Part shown: piece by piece, positions 40,618 through 52,700 of the stretch | Position numbering within the stretch: position 1 is the stretch's first letter | Layout of the letters: the number at the start of each line of letters is the position of its first letter | NCBI GenBank assembly: GCA_963815195.1 | Contig: CAWFGE010000015.1 | Span: 416,001-480,000, forward strand | Origin: an uncultured Planctomycetaceae bacterium | GTDB lineage: Bacteria; Planctomycetota; Planctomycetia; Planctomycetales; Planctomycetaceae | DNA: 64,000 nucleotides | Direction of reading: 5' to 3' | Translations under genes and position numbers: made by a program | The notes under the pieces: model-generated | Seen by the model: only the letters and a program-made list of their open reading frames with translations | Databases searched by the model: none | Told to the model about the DNA's origin: nothing

Positions 40618-42306
40618 TTGGTTTTGCGGACGGTTGTGCAAAACATTCGGATCATGGGGTTGACGCCCCACGGTCGCCTGCCTCCCGGGAGAATCCGCGT
40701 GCGCCGCGGGGCCTTTCGCTGGGAGTTGATCGAGCCCCTCGCGCGTTGGCTGGATGGCGACGGCGAACTGCCGATTTCGGAATGGCTGGCCCTCGGCGTG
40801 GCCACGGTCATCAAGAGCGGGCCGCACCGCGCGGTGTACCGGCTGATCCTGCCGCAGGGGACGTTTTATTTGAAACATTACCGCACGCCCGATTGGCAGG
40901 CCGTGCTGCAAAACGTCGTCCGTCCCGCCAAGGCGGATTTGGAATGGCGGTCGGCCCGGCGGGTGAGCGAGCTGGGTTTGAAAACGATCGAAACCGTCGC
41001 CGTCGGGCGCCGAAGGGTGTTGGGCGTGGTGACGGACAATTTCCTCATCAGCCGCGCGATCGAAAACGTCCAGCCTTTGGATGAGTTTGTCGCCGAGACG
41101 CTTCCGGGCTTCGAGTCCTCGGAGCAATGCCGATTCCGGCAAGAAATCGCCCGGCGGCTGGGACGCCTGGCGGCGGCGCTGCATCGGGGCGGCATCCTGC
41201 ACCGGGATCTGCACCCCGGAAACGTCTTGATCCAAAGACAAGACAATGGGGCCCAGTTGTTCCTCATCGATTTGCACGCCCTCCACCAGAAACGATTTTT
41301 GACGCGACGACAGATCGCCCGGAACCTCGCACTCCTCAACAATTTCTTCGCCCGCCGATCCTCCCTCGCAGACCGCTGCCGGTTTCTGAAGGCGTATTTT
41401 GAAGCCTCGAATCAACGCCAGCCGGACCAACGCATTTCGCGCGACACGCTGCGGTTTGTGGAGTCCATCTGCCGGCGGGAGTTGGAAAAAGCCGACGTCC
41501 GCGGCGACAAAAAGTGGCGGCGGGGCAATCGGCGGCTGATCATCTTGGAAACGCCGCCGCATCGCTGCCGAGGTTTAAGCGGCTTGGGCCGGGTCCTGCT
41601 CCAAAGCCTGAAACAAAACCCCGACCAACTCGTGGAAGACTGGCCGCTCTTTTCCTGGCAGAAATCGGCGGAGGGCGACCAGCAGGCGGTGATCGAACTT
41701 CCCTACAACCGCCAAACGCAGCGAGCGGTGCTGACCGTCTTCCGCTCGACCGGCTCCGCCCGCGGGGCTTGGGAGATGGGGCATGCGCTCGTGCGGCGGA
41801 AATTGCCGGCGGCGGTTCCGCTGTTGTTTGTGGAGACGCCCGCGGGCCGTCCGGATTATTTCATCACGGAAGAAATCGCCGGGGCGGTTACGCTCAAGCG
41901 CGGGGCATGGGAACTCAAGCAAACGCTCCCTCCGACAAAGTTTGAGGACTGGATATCGGACGTGGCGGTCGCCGTCGCGCGGAATCTGCAATCGCTCCAC
42001 GAGCATGGATTTCATTACTCGGACATCACACTGTCCTCGCTGCTCGTCGCGACCGAAGGACCGCTGCGGTTGTGGTTTGCATCGCTGGAAAAACTCCGGC
42101 AGCACACCGGGGTTTCTCCCCGAGACGTACAAAAGACGTTCGCTCAATTGGGCGCGTCGTTGCCGGGGGAACTCGGCATTTCACGGAGCGCCCGGCTGCG
42201 GTTTCTGCGGTCCTATTTGGGGCCGCGGTTTGCCGCGGAGTGGAAATCGTACTGGCGAAACATCGCGGGCCTGTCGATGGACTTCGCTCAACGGGAGGCG
42301 GCTTGA
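40618..42306 (+). CDS. Lipopolysaccharide kinase (Kdo/WaaP/InaA family), tandem kinase domains; start uncertain
   Basis: VIKSGPHRAVYR, YLKHY, LHRGGILHRDLHPGNVLI, LIDLH; degenerate second domain FHYSDITLSSLLV; RLRFLRSYLG. Confidence 0.85.
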   Translation: MVLRTVVQNIRIMGLTPHGRLPPGRIRVRRGAFRWELIEPLARWLDGDGELPISEWLALGVATVIKSGPHRAVYRLILPQGTFYLKHYRTPDWQAVLQNVVRPAKADLEWRSARRVSELGLKTIETVAVGRRRVLGVVTDNFLISRAIENVQPLDEFVAETLPGFESSEQCRFRQEIARRLGRLAAALHRGGILHRDLHPGNVLIQRQDNGAQLFLIDLHALHQKRFLTRRQIARNLALLNNFFARRSSLADRCRFLKAYFEASNQRQPDQRISRDTLRFVESICRRELEKADVRGDKKWRRGNRRLIILETPPHRCRGLSGLGRVLLQSLKQNPDQLVEDWPLFSWQKSAEGDQQAVIELPYNRQTQRAVLTVFRSTGSARGAWEMGHALVRRKLPAAVPLLFVETPAGRPDYFITEEIAGAVTLKRGAWELKQTLPPTKFEDWISDVAVAVARNLQSLHEHGFHYSDITLSSLLVATEGPLRLWFASLEKLRQHTGVSPRDVQKTFAQLGASLPGELGISRSARLRFLRSYLGPRFAAEWKSYWRNIAGLSMDFAQREAA

Positions 42307-43166
42307 TGCGTCATTGCGTCCTGCTCCTGGCGGTCTTGGGGATCGTCCTGGGCTGCCGGCATACGCAGAATGTCAAACCGCCGGTCATGCCTCCGGTGCG
42401 GCATTCTCTGCGGTCGGACCGGTTGCTCGTGCAAAGCAATTTCAAGCTGGAAAAAGATCATCCGCTCATCGCGGATCTCGTGCGGCTCCGCGGGCAGGTC
42501 TCCGAAAGCCTCCGCCTTCCCGAACAAGGGGAGGATGTCGTCGTGTATCTCTTCAGCAGCGAAGCGGAATTTACCCGGTACCTGAATGCCACCTATCCGG
42601 GGCTCCCAAAGCGGCGGGCTTATTTCGTGGGCACGCCCCGCGAGCTCGCCGTCTTCACCTATTGGGGGGACCGGATTCAAGAAGACCTCCGGCACGAATA
42701 TACCCACGGGCTCTTGCACGCCTCCTTGAAAACCGTCCCGCTGTGGCTGGATGAAGGCCTCGCGGAGTATTTTGAAGTCGTCGGTTCCGAACCGGGGCAA
42801 GTCAACGGCGACTACGCTCAAAACCTGACGGCGCTGTTGGGCAACGGCTGGCGGCCGGATCTCAAGCGTTTGGAAGAACTCGACAAATTCGAGCAAATGC
42901 AGCGGATCGATTACCAGGAAGCCTGGGCGTGGGTGCACTTCATGTTGCACAGTTCGCCCGACACCCGCGAAATCTTGATCGGGTATTTGAACGATCTGAA
43001 AACCGATCGGCAGCCGACGCCATTGCACTTGCGGCTCGAGCAAAGCGGCCTGCGCGTGGCGGATCGGTTTATGAACTACGTCGCCACGCTCCGCACCGCG
43101 CAATTGCTGGCGGAACCCGCCCACGCGAAATCCACGCCCCCACAACCCCGGCACACGCGTTATTAA
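42306..43166 (+). CDS. DUF1570 / peptidase-MA-like lipoprotein
   Basis: Lipobox IVLG-C, HEYTH, PLWLDEGLAEYF; TGATG overlap with the kinase stop. Confidence 0.85.
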   Translation: MRHCVLLLAVLGIVLGCRHTQNVKPPVMPPVRHSLRSDRLLVQSNFKLEKDHPLIADLVRLRGQVSESLRLPEQGEDVVVYLFSSEAEFTRYLNATYPGLPKRRAYFVGTPRELAVFTYWGDRIQEDLRHEYTHGLLHASLKTVPLWLDEGLAEYFEVVGSEPGQVNGDYAQNLTALLGNGWRPDLKRLEELDKFEQMQRIDYQEAWAWVHFMLHSSPDTREILIGYLNDLKTDRQPTPLHLRLEQSGLRVADRFMNYVATLRTAQLLAEPAHAKSTPPQPRHTRY

Positions 43167-43343
43167 ATGAATCCAGCACTCGGTGCCGGACTTCCGGCCG
43201 ATCACGTCGAGCGAGATATTGGCCAGAACCATGTGGCTGACGCCCAGCCGATGCTTGAGTTCGGGTAATGCCGACGATGACGATGTCAGGCTGACTCGTG
43301 CTCAAACCGAATGACATCAAGGATGGGACGGAGCGGGCCGCGT

Positions 43344-44342
43344 TCACACCTCGAGCACGATTTTGCCGTCGAGGGTGCCGGCTTTGTTTAAGGTGTTGTC
43401 CTCTTGCAGTTGATGGGCGTCGGCGGCTTGGTCCAGCGGGAAGACTTTGCCGATGTGCGGTTTCCATTCGCCGTTCTCGGCGAGGATGTTGAGGGTTGAA
43501 GCGGATTCCCTCTGCTCTTCGGGGCTGGCATTGAACATCGCAAAGCCCAACATCCGGAGGTCGTTGACGTAAAACGGTCCCACGGGAAATTCGGGCCGGG
43601 CATCGCGGCCGGCCATCAGCACGATGCGCCCGCGTTTCGCCATCAAACCCACCGTGCGGTCCAAGGTCGGCTCGCGCTGGGTCTCAAACCAGACGTTGAC
43701 GCCCCCGCGGGGTTCCGCGAAATTGCGGATGTCCTCGTCCAGCGTGTCGGAGTGATAATTCAAGACCAGATCCGCCCCCAGGCGTTCGCAGGCGGATTTT
43801 TTCTGATCGCTGCCCACGGTGGCGATGACGGAGGCGCCCACGGATTTCGCCAACTGCACGACCGACGACCCCACGCCGCCCGTGCCGCCGTTGACGAACA
43901 CCACTTCGCCGCCTTTGAGCCCGGCATGCAGAAACAATCCCAAATGAGCCGTGATTCCCACCAAGGCCCCGGCGACGGCTTCGTTGTCGGATTGGCCTTC
44001 GGGAATCCGGTACAGCCATTTTTCATCGATCGCGGCGTATTCCGCGAACGTCCCCTGCCGGCCGAACAGCCCCTGATTGCTGCCCCACACGCGGTCGCCC
44101 GCATTGAGCACCGAAACCTCCGCCCCGCACTTCTCCACCACGCCCGCGACATCGCAGCCGGGGATATAAGGGTTCGGCAAATCGGCTTTGATGGCTCCCG
44201 CGCGGATGTACGTGTCGATGGGATTCACCGCCACCGCCCGCACCTTGACCAGAACCTCGGTCGGCCCCGGCTCCGGCTCCGGCAAGTCCCCCATCTGAAT
44301 TACATCCGGCGAACCGGTCTTGGAAATGTATGCGGCTTTCAT
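43344..44342 (-). CDS. qor: NADPH:quinone reductase (zeta-crystallin-like MDR)
   Basis: VNPIDTYIRAG, PYIPGCDVAGVV, GTFAEY, GGTGGVGSS, GKIVL; GGAGG RBS. Confidence 0.92.
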   Translation of the reverse strand: MKAAYISKTGSPDVIQMGDLPEPEPGPTEVLVKVRAVAVNPIDTYIRAGAIKADLPNPYIPGCDVAGVVEKCGAEVSVLNAGDRVWGSNQGLFGRQGTFAEYAAIDEKWLYRIPEGQSDNEAVAGALVGITAHLGLFLHAGLKGGEVVFVNGGTGGVGSSVVQLAKSVGASVIATVGSDQKKSACERLGADLVLNYHSDTLDEDIRNFAEPRGGVNVWFETQREPTLDRTVGLMAKRGRIVLMAGRDARPEFPVGPFYVNDLRMLGFAMFNASPEEQRESASTLNILAENGEWKPHIGKVFPLDQAADAHQLQEDNTLNKAGTLDGKIVLEV

Positions 44343-45112
44343 AGAGGTTCCTCCGGTGATAAATTCGAATCGTCGCGTTTCGCGGTTCCACATAACCCGG
44401 GGGATTACACCCCGCTCGCCTTAGTTTTTGTCTCCAGATCTCGCGCAGGATCGTTTCGCAGTAGCCGTCAGCGTTCGTTAGAGGGCTCCGAAACAGAGCG
44501 ATTCATTCGATCGCTCATCTCAAGACAAATGATTCGGCCGCTTTGTCTCAGTTGGTGAGAATTGCGGAAGCAATAATGTCTGATGAGCAGAGATCCCCAC
44601 CTGCCGCATCAAGTGAATTGTGTTCGCGGCGAGTTTCTTCTCCCTCCGGCCACTTGGGAGCTGACCATTGTATTGAAGCGGTCTGTTTGCCGTTGCGGTT
44701 CAAACACATGGGACGCGGCAAACTTCGCGTGGTTTGCCACGGGATCGGCGCGGCTCACTTCAAACTCGATCCATAACCGGCAGAATGCATGAGACGGCTT
44801 TTTGTCAAGGGCTTCTCCCAAGCATCCGGAAACACCGATTTAACCGCTGTCCAAAACAAAGTCAACACATACGGTCGGCCGCGGGGATGTGGATTGTTTT
44901 GATGCTTCGACCATCCAAGGTGATTTCCACTCGGAACCGTTAACTCGTGTGGACGAAGACGCACGGTTTCGCCCGAAACCTCAAGGCGACCGCTTGGCGG
45001 TTCCCGCCGGAATTGGTATTTTTAGACCGCGCGAGCGGGGTGGTTTTCGGATACAATACCGTGGAAAGATACCTTATTACTCCTTCGGGATAGGAGGCCG
45101 TGTTACGAAACC

Positions 45113-46735
45113 ATGTCTGTTCATTCCAAAATCCTCGAGAATCCAGCCCGTGCCGAAGGACCCGATCCGTTTGCTTGGACCTATTTCACGGAATATCTCG
45201 CCGCAAACAGAGAAAACGCCGCCTTGCTGCGCGAAATGGGAGAAACGATCAATCACTTTCGCCACGAAGCCCCGGAGATTCTGCTGCGGAAGTGTATGGA
45301 CGGCCGGACGAACACCACGGATCACAAAGGGTGCCCGCCAACAACTGTGGAAAACCAGCGGAGCGATGGCAACAAAGCGCTCGTCGATCCCAACAATACG
45401 GATTTCTGGCTGCCCATCCGAATCAAGATGGTTCGCGCGGCTTGCCGCACTCCCGGCAAGCCGGCGATTTTCATTACGGCCGCTCATCGATCGAAGCTCG
45501 CCGGATCGTGTGCGGCGTATGCCAAACCTCACGACCGTAAGGAGAACACGGACCGGCGTGCGCTCCAGGGAGTGATCGATCAGGCATTGGACGTGGAGAA
45601 TGCGCTATTCGGCACGCCGGACGCCGACCGGCTCTACTGTCTGGCTGCGATCACCAACACCGACATCGGCGCCATGGAACTGCACGTCCCAAGCGGCGAG
45701 CAACTGATCGACGCAGAGGAAGTGATGGCCCGCAATCGTTGGATGGCCCCGGGGCAGGTGTTCTCGCGAGAGTTTCTCGATCTTTCCATAAACGATCCCG
45801 ACGCGCACGAATCGATTCAGGGCCGGACATTGCGTTCGCTATTGTCGGGTCCGCCCGCCGAAGCGGTGGCGAACCAGCGTGTCAAGATCGCGATGGAGGC
45901 GTACCTGCTCAAGCAGTTCAACATGGTCTGCTCCAAAGGAGAGGATTTGCAGACGCTCGTAAGCCCATCGGCAGCGGAAGCCATCGGCCAGGCGCTCGAC
46001 CGGGCCGAGAGACTCCCTTCTTCGCTCGCGGGGTTCGTCGCTTATCTGATTGCCTGGAACCTCACCTATGCCCTTGAGCAAACGCGTCAACTGCTCCAAT
46101 TGGAGGAAAGTGACCCCGATGCGCTGGACCACCGCGTGGGTCACGATGAGCGGCTCATCGGCTACGGAAACGGGTTCGAAGCCGCGACCAAGCACAACAA
46201 CATGCTTCTGGTAAAGCCGGGCAGCGGCAACGACCGCCAAGCCATCAGCGTGGCCAGAAACGTCATTGAGGGCGTCGCCGAACGACGCCATCTCCCCAGA
46301 CGCCCTTTAGTCCATCTGAACATCGAGCTGGATGCCCCCATCACCACCTGGCAGCAACTGACCACCGTGCTCGCTCGCATGAACACCAAGATGGCAGTGA
46401 TTCGGAGCGTCTTCGGTGCGGACTCCCATGTGCGTGTGATGACGACATACTCATACTCTCATGGCGTGCAGGATGTCAATATTTCCAAGCAATTCTTTCC
46501 GCTCAACCCCAACCCCGCTGACCGGTTGATCGTTTGCCCTGAAAATCTGAGCGAAATCGACTCGCCTGATAACTTCTCCGCCGAGCGGTTACGGGAATTG
46601 GAGCATCGCTACACCAACTTGTCGGCGAATTCGGAGCCTGACGACCTCGCCGCCAAGCAGTCGGACTTTTCCATCGACCCATCGGACTATACCACTGACG
46701 AGTCAGACCTTGCCGCGGAGCAGTCGGACGGCTGA
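45113..46735 (+). CDS. CsoSCA-like (carboxysome-type) beta-carbonic anhydrase, stand-alone
   Basis: CMDGR (Cys-x-Asp-x-Arg), H..GSCAAY, TNTDIGAMELHVP and GHDERLIGYGNGF. From memory these parallel the CsoSCA motifs CADGR, H..GCAAH, DTDTDAIRVHVP and GHAERFI.VG.GF. Confidence 0.75.
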   Translation: MSVHSKILENPARAEGPDPFAWTYFTEYLAANRENAALLREMGETINHFRHEAPEILLRKCMDGRTNTTDHKGCPPTTVENQRSDGNKALVDPNNTDFWLPIRIKMVRAACRTPGKPAIFITAAHRSKLAGSCAAYAKPHDRKENTDRRALQGVIDQALDVENALFGTPDADRLYCLAAITNTDIGAMELHVPSGEQLIDAEEVMARNRWMAPGQVFSREFLDLSINDPDAHESIQGRTLRSLLSGPPAEAVANQRVKIAMEAYLLKQFNMVCSKGEDLQTLVSPSAAEAIGQALDRAERLPSSLAGFVAYLIAWNLTYALEQTRQLLQLEESDPDALDHRVGHDERLIGYGNGFEAATKHNNMLLVKPGSGNDRQAISVARNVIEGVAERRHLPRRPLVHLNIELDAPITTWQQLTTVLARMNTKMAVIRSVFGADSHVRVMTTYSYSHGVQDVNISKQFFPLNPNPADRLIVCPENLSEIDSPDNFSAERLRELEHRYTNLSANSEPDDLAAKQSDFSIDPSDYTTDESDLAAEQSDG

Positions 46736-46805
46736 TCGCCGGCGACGGGCCGTTTCACTCACTACCGCCCCCCGATTTTTCCCGCCAGGTGGTTCCTGCC
46801 GGGCG

Positions 46806-48287
46806 TCAATCGCTGCCGAGGCCGAGTGTTGGACTTTGACTTCTTAGCGAGCTTTCTTGTTTCGGCGTACTCACTTGAGGCGTGGACTCCGTCTTCGGAA
46901 TTTCTCCGTTGCGCAGACGCAACAGTCCCAATGCCGCGTGGTATCTTGAAGTGACTCCCGGTTGTGGAAACACGCCCCCGCCAAGTATCAAGGCAATAAG
47001 TATCAACACGGCGATTCTTTCGCGGTAGCGCGCCCGAAGAGAAATGGATGCAGTATGGTGTGTTCCCGTAAAGACGCGAAAATACGCGGACAAAATCGCG
47101 ATTCCGTTTAATGCCATGGCAACGACGACCGCCATACCAGTAAGCGGATAAACGGTCACCGCCCCTTCGATCAGCAATTCCGTTCCCACAAAACCCACCG
47201 TGCCGGGAAAGCCGATCGAAGCCAGCCCTGTTACGAGAAACAAGGCGGCCAGCGTCGGAGTGTGTTCGTAGAGTCCATGATACTTGTTTAACGACACGCG
47301 GCCGGTTCGCGATTCCACGCAGCGAAGAGTCAGGCCGAATCCCGCCAGAGACACCCCGACCGAGATCCACACACACAAAGCGCCCGTCAACCCGATCGGA
47401 GTGACCAATTCCAGTCCGACAAGGACCAGCGAGGAATTGCTGAGAAACAGGTAGCAAAAGAACCGCCTCGCATCGTGCTGTACGAGTGCCATGCCGCCTG
47501 CATAAACCGCCGTGAAGAGAGACGCGAGCGCGATACTTTGGAGAGCCCAGGCGGGGGCAATCGGCAGCACCAGCCGTATCACGGCGTACGCGCCGGTGAT
47601 GGGCGTGACAAACAGCAGAGCCGTTCCGAAGGTGGCTTTTTCAAACAGATCCGTCATCCAGCAATGCAGCGGGACAATGCCGCTCCGCAAGAGGCCGGCC
47701 GTGGTCAACATCGCGCCAGCGATGAGCCGAATCCCGGAATTGGGAGACGTCCGATCTACCAAAAACTGGCCGACCAGAAGCAATGCGACAAATAGGCCCA
47801 TGTGAACGGAATAAACTCTCGTCGAACGATGTCGACCACGGATGACAACAAACGGCGGAATGGTGGCGGCGGACAAAAGGACAACGAGCCCCCAAGGATC
47901 CCGGCAACTTAAAGTCGCAAGCAAGATCGCCTCTGACGTCAACGTCCACCCAAACGAAAAACGACTCACCTTGGTCCGCAACGTGGCCAGCACCGTCATT
48001 AAAAACAGAAGCGCGGCAAGCGGCAGCAGCGGCGCGCTCAGTTCGTCAACGACAAACACATCTCTGTGAAAAAGCGTACTGAGCACGTCCCAGTGATCGT
48101 GCGCTTCGAACGCGTGGACGGTGCCAAAGTCGATCCATTCTCCGACCGCAAAGACCAACGTAAGCGTGCAAATGACCACGCAGGTCGTCCATGCAACTTC
48201 GCGGTTCCGCAGAAACCCCACACCCATTGCACCAAGCAAGGGAGTTAAGACGGAGAGTTCCAGCCAGGGCAAGTGGAGTTCAGGCAT
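46806..48287 (-). CDS. Proton-conducting antiporter-like membrane subunit (NuoM-like), third subunit of DAB-type complex
   Basis: Multi-[35 protein letters not shown]; start overlaps the upstream stop. Confidence 0.85.
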   Translation of the reverse strand: MPELHLPWLELSVLTPLLGAMGVGFLRNREVAWTTCVVICTLTLVFAVGEWIDFGTVHAFEAHDHWDVLSTLFHRDVFVVDELSAPLLPLAALLFLMTVLATLRTKVSRFSFGWTLTSEAILLATLSCRDPWGLVVLLSAATIPPFVVIRGRHRSTRVYSVHMGLFVALLLVGQFLVDRTSPNSGIRLIAGAMLTTAGLLRSGIVPLHCWMTDLFEKATFGTALLFVTPITGAYAVIRLVLPIAPAWALQSIALASLFTAVYAGGMALVQHDARRFFCYLFLSNSSLVLVGLELVTPIGLTGALCVWISVGVSLAGFGLTLRCVESRTGRVSLNKYHGLYEHTPTLAALFLVTGLASIGFPGTVGFVGTELLIEGAVTVYPLTGMAVVVAMALNGIAILSAYFRVFTGTHHTASISLRARYRERIAVLILIALILGGGVFPQPGVTSRYHAALGLLRLRNGEIPKTESTPQVSTPKQESSLRSQSPTLGLGSD

Positions 48288-49675
48288 CAGACGAATTCCT
48301 CTAACGATCCGGTTTGCAAGTCCACATTGTCAACTTCACCGGACTCTCCGCCCGACAAGAGATCCGTCCAGCGGCGTTCCATACGATCGCACCAGTGGAA
48401 GACTGCAATAAACGGGCGGACAATGTATTCATTCAAGATTGCGTCGAGGAACCCGCGTTCCATCGCGAATCGATATAACCAGGTACGGCCGATGTGCTGA
48501 ACGGCGGGTTCCCGAGGTTCCTGCTCGTTTTCAGAGTGATGCGCACCGATGGCGTTTTCAATTGTGTGGTAGTCGTGCAAAAGCGAGGGGGCTCGCAGTA
48601 ATTGCAACGTCCGCAGACAGGCATGTCCGATTATGTGGATCAGCGGGATGTAGCGCAGACCGAAGCCGATCTCAGCCACAATCAGCCCCACCTGTGTGAG
48701 CGACGCGAACGCCAACGCACACTTGACGTCCGATTGGACTCGCGCCGCGAGAGTTCCAAAAACCGCCGAAACCAGTCCCAGGACCACGACCGCGATGCTA
48801 AACAGTAAAGACGCTTCCAGGAGCGGGCTGACTCGCAAGAGCAGAAACGCCCCCAGATGGACGGATAGGGCTCCATAAAACACGGCGCTCGATGGTGTAG
48901 GGCCTTCCATGGCGCGGGGCAGCCAACCGCTGAAAGGAATCAAGGCGGACTTGCCGGCGACGGCGATCAAGAGCAACAGGCCGACGAATAGCGCGTGGGA
49001 TTGGGAGATGGTGGCGTGACTGTCGGGCCAAGGTCCGGACCGCATCAGACCGTCAAAGTCGCCGGCACCGGTCAAATGATGCAGCGTCAGGGCCGCAATC
49101 AAAAACGCCGCATCACTAATGCGGTAAACCGCCCAGACCCGTTGGCCGTTGAGAACGGGGTTTCGCCGTTCATGAAAATACGCAACCAGCAAAGCTGACG
49201 ACAACCCGACGAGTTCCCAACCGAAAAACAATGTTTCGATTGTTCCCGCGAGGGAGGACACGACCATACCGAGGAGAAATACAGCATAAAACACAAAGTA
49301 GCGTCCGTAGCCCGGTTCGCGATGCAGGTATCGGCTGGTGAAAGCGCCGATCGTTCCGGTCAGAACAAATGTCAGAACGACGAAAGGCACCGACAATCGG
49401 TCAAAAATGAACTTGAGATGAAAGTGAAAGTTTTGTTCGTGAATGACGACCCAGTCGCCGATTTCTATAGGCACATATCGGATGCCGAGCCCCAGCATCA
49501 TAATCAGAATCGCGACCGATGCGGTGAGTCCGACGACCACCGCCCCTTGGGTTAAGTGAGCCAACGCGCGCTCCCCCAGCGGACGTCCCAAAAGGGCCGA
49601 CAAACCGAACACCGCCAGCAATGCACTCGGGCTTGCGACAATACAGATTCCCAAAATAGTAAATACTGTTAGCAA
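48287..49675 (-). CDS. dabB: DabB / NuoL-like membrane subunit of inorganic carbon pump
   Basis: [65 protein letters not shown]; directly downstream of the DUF2309 gene. Confidence 0.88.
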   Translation of the reverse strand: MLTVFTILGICIVASPSALLAVFGLSALLGRPLGERALAHLTQGAVVVGLTASVAILIMMLGLGIRYVPIEIGDWVVIHEQNFHFHLKFIFDRLSVPFVVLTFVLTGTIGAFTSRYLHREPGYGRYFVFYAVFLLGMVVSSLAGTIETLFFGWELVGLSSALLVAYFHERRNPVLNGQRVWAVYRISDAAFLIAALTLHHLTGAGDFDGLMRSGPWPDSHATISQSHALFVGLLLLIAVAGKSALIPFSGWLPRAMEGPTPSSAVFYGALSVHLGAFLLLRVSPLLEASLLFSIAVVVLGLVSAVFGTLAARVQSDVKCALAFASLTQVGLIVAEIGFGLRYIPLIHIIGHACLRTLQLLRAPSLLHDYHTIENAIGAHHSENEQEPREPAVQHIGRTWLYRFAMERGFLDAILNEYIVRPFIAVFHWCDRMERRWTDLLSGGESGEVDNVDLQTGSLEEFV

Positions 49676-49771
49676 TTTCGTAACTTTCGCGATTTGGGTT
49701 GTGGCCAGGCAGGGCTTGGTGCGAGAAACTCGTTGTTGTTCGGGCGGGCTGTCATTGTCTCTCTCGGCAGT

Positions 49772-52700
49772 TCACCCTGTCCGAGCGACCGTTTCCACGG
49801 CGGGAGTCGATTTGGCCGGCGCCAACGGGAGTTTCCGGATTGAGCAAAATCCAAGGTGGTCGCGCCAGCCGCGATACCAATCGAGGGACGACTCCTCGGC
49901 GGGCAACTCATCCGTCTCCGGTTGATAGGGAATGAAATCTCCTCGGACATAACGATGAACCTGTGTTTTCCCGGCGTCAAACACCGCCAGTTGAACCCAT
50001 TCCCCATTGACCAGTTGGGCAATGGCCGGGTTGTCGTCGATAATCCGCTGCATGGCGTCGAGGGATGTTTCGACGACGAAAAGCAACCGCACCGGTTCGT
50101 GGATTTCGACCATTTGCCAGGGCAAGCCAGGACGAAGGTCGCTGGCCGCACCATCCATAACCCCCAAGAGAGATGTGATGTTGTGCGGAAGTTTGGTGCC
50201 GCAACCGTATCCGGTCGGGTCCACGAACGAGAAATAGTATTCCAGATTGATTCCGGCACAGACGGGGATGACGGCTTGCAGCATCCGTTCCAGAATGGAA
50301 CTGCGTTCGTCGTCCTGAGCGGGATCATACGAAGTCAAAAACGCCCGGCGGTCAAGGAACAACCCGCGGCTCCAATCTCGACGACCGACGAAACATAACG
50401 CATTGGTGGCATGACCGTATTCGGGCCGCGTTTGGGACAAGTCTTCGGCGCGTCCTTCCACGTGGCGAAGCGCCGATTCGACCGAAATCGACAATTCCGC
50501 CGACTCGAATCGCCGGCAGCGTTCGTGAGCGCTGCGTTTGCGCGCCTCGTTAATCTCCGCCTTGGCGATTTCGAAGAGAGCGCGATGTCGAATGGAAACC
50601 CGGTCGACGTCGTACCACGTGACGCTGTCGTCACAGGTGTTATGGTAGCAACCGACAAACAACGTCTCATCCGAAATATTGATCCCGCGATCGGTCAGAA
50701 GCCGGCGGACACGCAAGTCGTTGGCCATTTGGGCGAAGGCGCGCGCGTTTGGTCCGCCGCGGCCGCCGCCGCAGGCCCCGCAATCGTGTGCGGCTTCATG
50801 CGGGTTGTTGAGACTGGCGGAACCGTGACCGCAAATCACAACGAGCCGCGAAAGCAATTCCACGTTTGCCAGTCCGAGTGCCCGGAGCCCCCCTTCAACG
50901 ATGGCCGCCATCTCGTCGATTGTGTAGCCGATGTGTCCGTCCGTTGGTCCGGGGTCGGCTTCGACCCTTTCGATCCGCAATTCCGTCACGGGCGATTGCA
51001 CGATCCTGCCGAACAGCCTTCGGATTTGTGCCGCGGTCCGCGGGAAGAGCACGCGCGCCACCAACGGAAACGCCGCCAATGACCCGAGCAGGCCGGCCGC
51101 CAGTCCGCCCAAAAAGGTCCGCGTGCCTCGGTGAGCCTGTTTCGTGGCCTGCCCGAGTCGCCGCCGGGCCTCCGCCCGCCGGCGCCCCGATTCCGCCTGG
51201 GTGCAAAGCGGCTCTTCCGTCACGTAATGTTGGGGCCTGATGCTCACCGGGCAAAGTGGTTTGAAGTGAGCATCCGTTGCCCCGCGGTAATACATCGCCA
51301 CACCAAAAAAACCGGCGATGCCAAAGGTTTCGCACTCGGGATCAATTTCCTCAAGGTGGCGGCGGAAGGATTCCTCCCGCTCATCGATGCAGCACGTCAC
51401 TTGAAATCGTGGAACGGAACGGCGGGTGTCGTCCTCGCTTGCCCGTTTTCGTTTGGAATGGGCAATCACCGCGTCGAGCGTCTCGTTTCTGTATTTCTGC
51501 TCGAATGCAAGGTGAAATACTCTTCGGCGTTCGAGTCCTGGGAAGTCGTCGATCTCCCGAATCAGTGCCGCCCACTGCTGCCTCGTTAAATGTTGCAGGT
51601 CTTCAGGTTTCCAACCCCGCACTTGGGCAAGTTGGAACACGATGAATGTTCGTCGATTTAATCCGTTCGCATCACCCTGGGGCAACCGCTGGATCGCCAC
51701 CTCACGAACGCCTCGCAGTTCCCCTCGGAATCCCAACGACTCTCGCGCCACATCGGCGATCGCCAAGCGTTCCAGGATCAGCCGAACGGCAAGGTACTCG
51801 GCGAGACTGCCAGGCGGGGCCGTACGAGGCATCCATTCCGCATTGGTCTCCATTTGCCAGACCATTCCGGCCCAACCGCGCAGCGCGAGCAGCGATCGTT
51901 CGACAAAACGATCCCGTTCATCGTCGGCCACCCCCAGGAGGGAAAGTGACTCTCCAATCGACTCCAGCGGACCGATCTCCGAATCCAGCAGTCGCCGCGC
52001 TTCATTCTTCAAGCCGGACAACCAAGGGGTCGGTGAAGCAAACGACACGCGATGGAGATTCAAGAACGCCCGGTAGATGCCCAAATCCCGGTTCGGAAGT
52101 TCCCAACTTGCAAAGCCCTGATCCAGAAAAGCCGAGCAGAAGCGAATCAACTGTTCATTCACCAGGACATTCACGTCCACTCCCGTAACTGCGAGCAATA
52201 GCTCGCGGTGTTGGAGCAACGGTCTTGGCCCGGTTGAGTGGACGGCGTCCGCTTCTACGGACCGCACGCCATTTTGACACACCCTCCAGAGAAAGTTCAA
52301 CGTGAACGCTTCCCAAGTCCTTTCGGTCCACGATTCCATTGACCTCCGATTGAATTGCTGTAAGACATCCGACAAAACCCGCTTTGCCGAATTCTCTCGA
52401 GAAGGATCACTGCTCCGAAGATCGCGCATCACCCAATGGCTGGTATCAGCAATTATGCGCTTGCGGACGGCGGGGGGGGCATCGTTCCGAAATCGCCTCA
52501 AAGCATCGGTTTCAGCGATCCCCCATCGTAATTCGGCGGAAGGTCCGGACCGCAGGGGAAACTGCAACATCGCCAGTCGGAGATCAAATCGCGTGCCAAA
52601 AATTGCAACGAGACGGTCCGCTTCCTGACCAAGGTCATCCAGCAAGACCGATTCCAAGTCTTTCAACCGGATGCGGCCTTGTTCAAATTTCTGACGATAT

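Noticed and set aside
43166..43344. Possible gene fragment between DUF1570 and qor
   Set aside because: Short reading frames with no recognisable motif or RBS; cannot be supported.
44420..45100. Short ORFs or ncRNA upstream of the CsoSCA-like gene
   Set aside because: ORFs of about 70 aa in several frames without coding signal; no recognisable riboswitch or tRNA fold by eye. An Rfam search would be needed.
46806..49675. Respiratory complex I (nuoL/nuoM) or Mrp antiporter operon
   Set aside because: No other nuo/mrp genes, and direct linkage to DUF2309 indicates a DAB-type complex.
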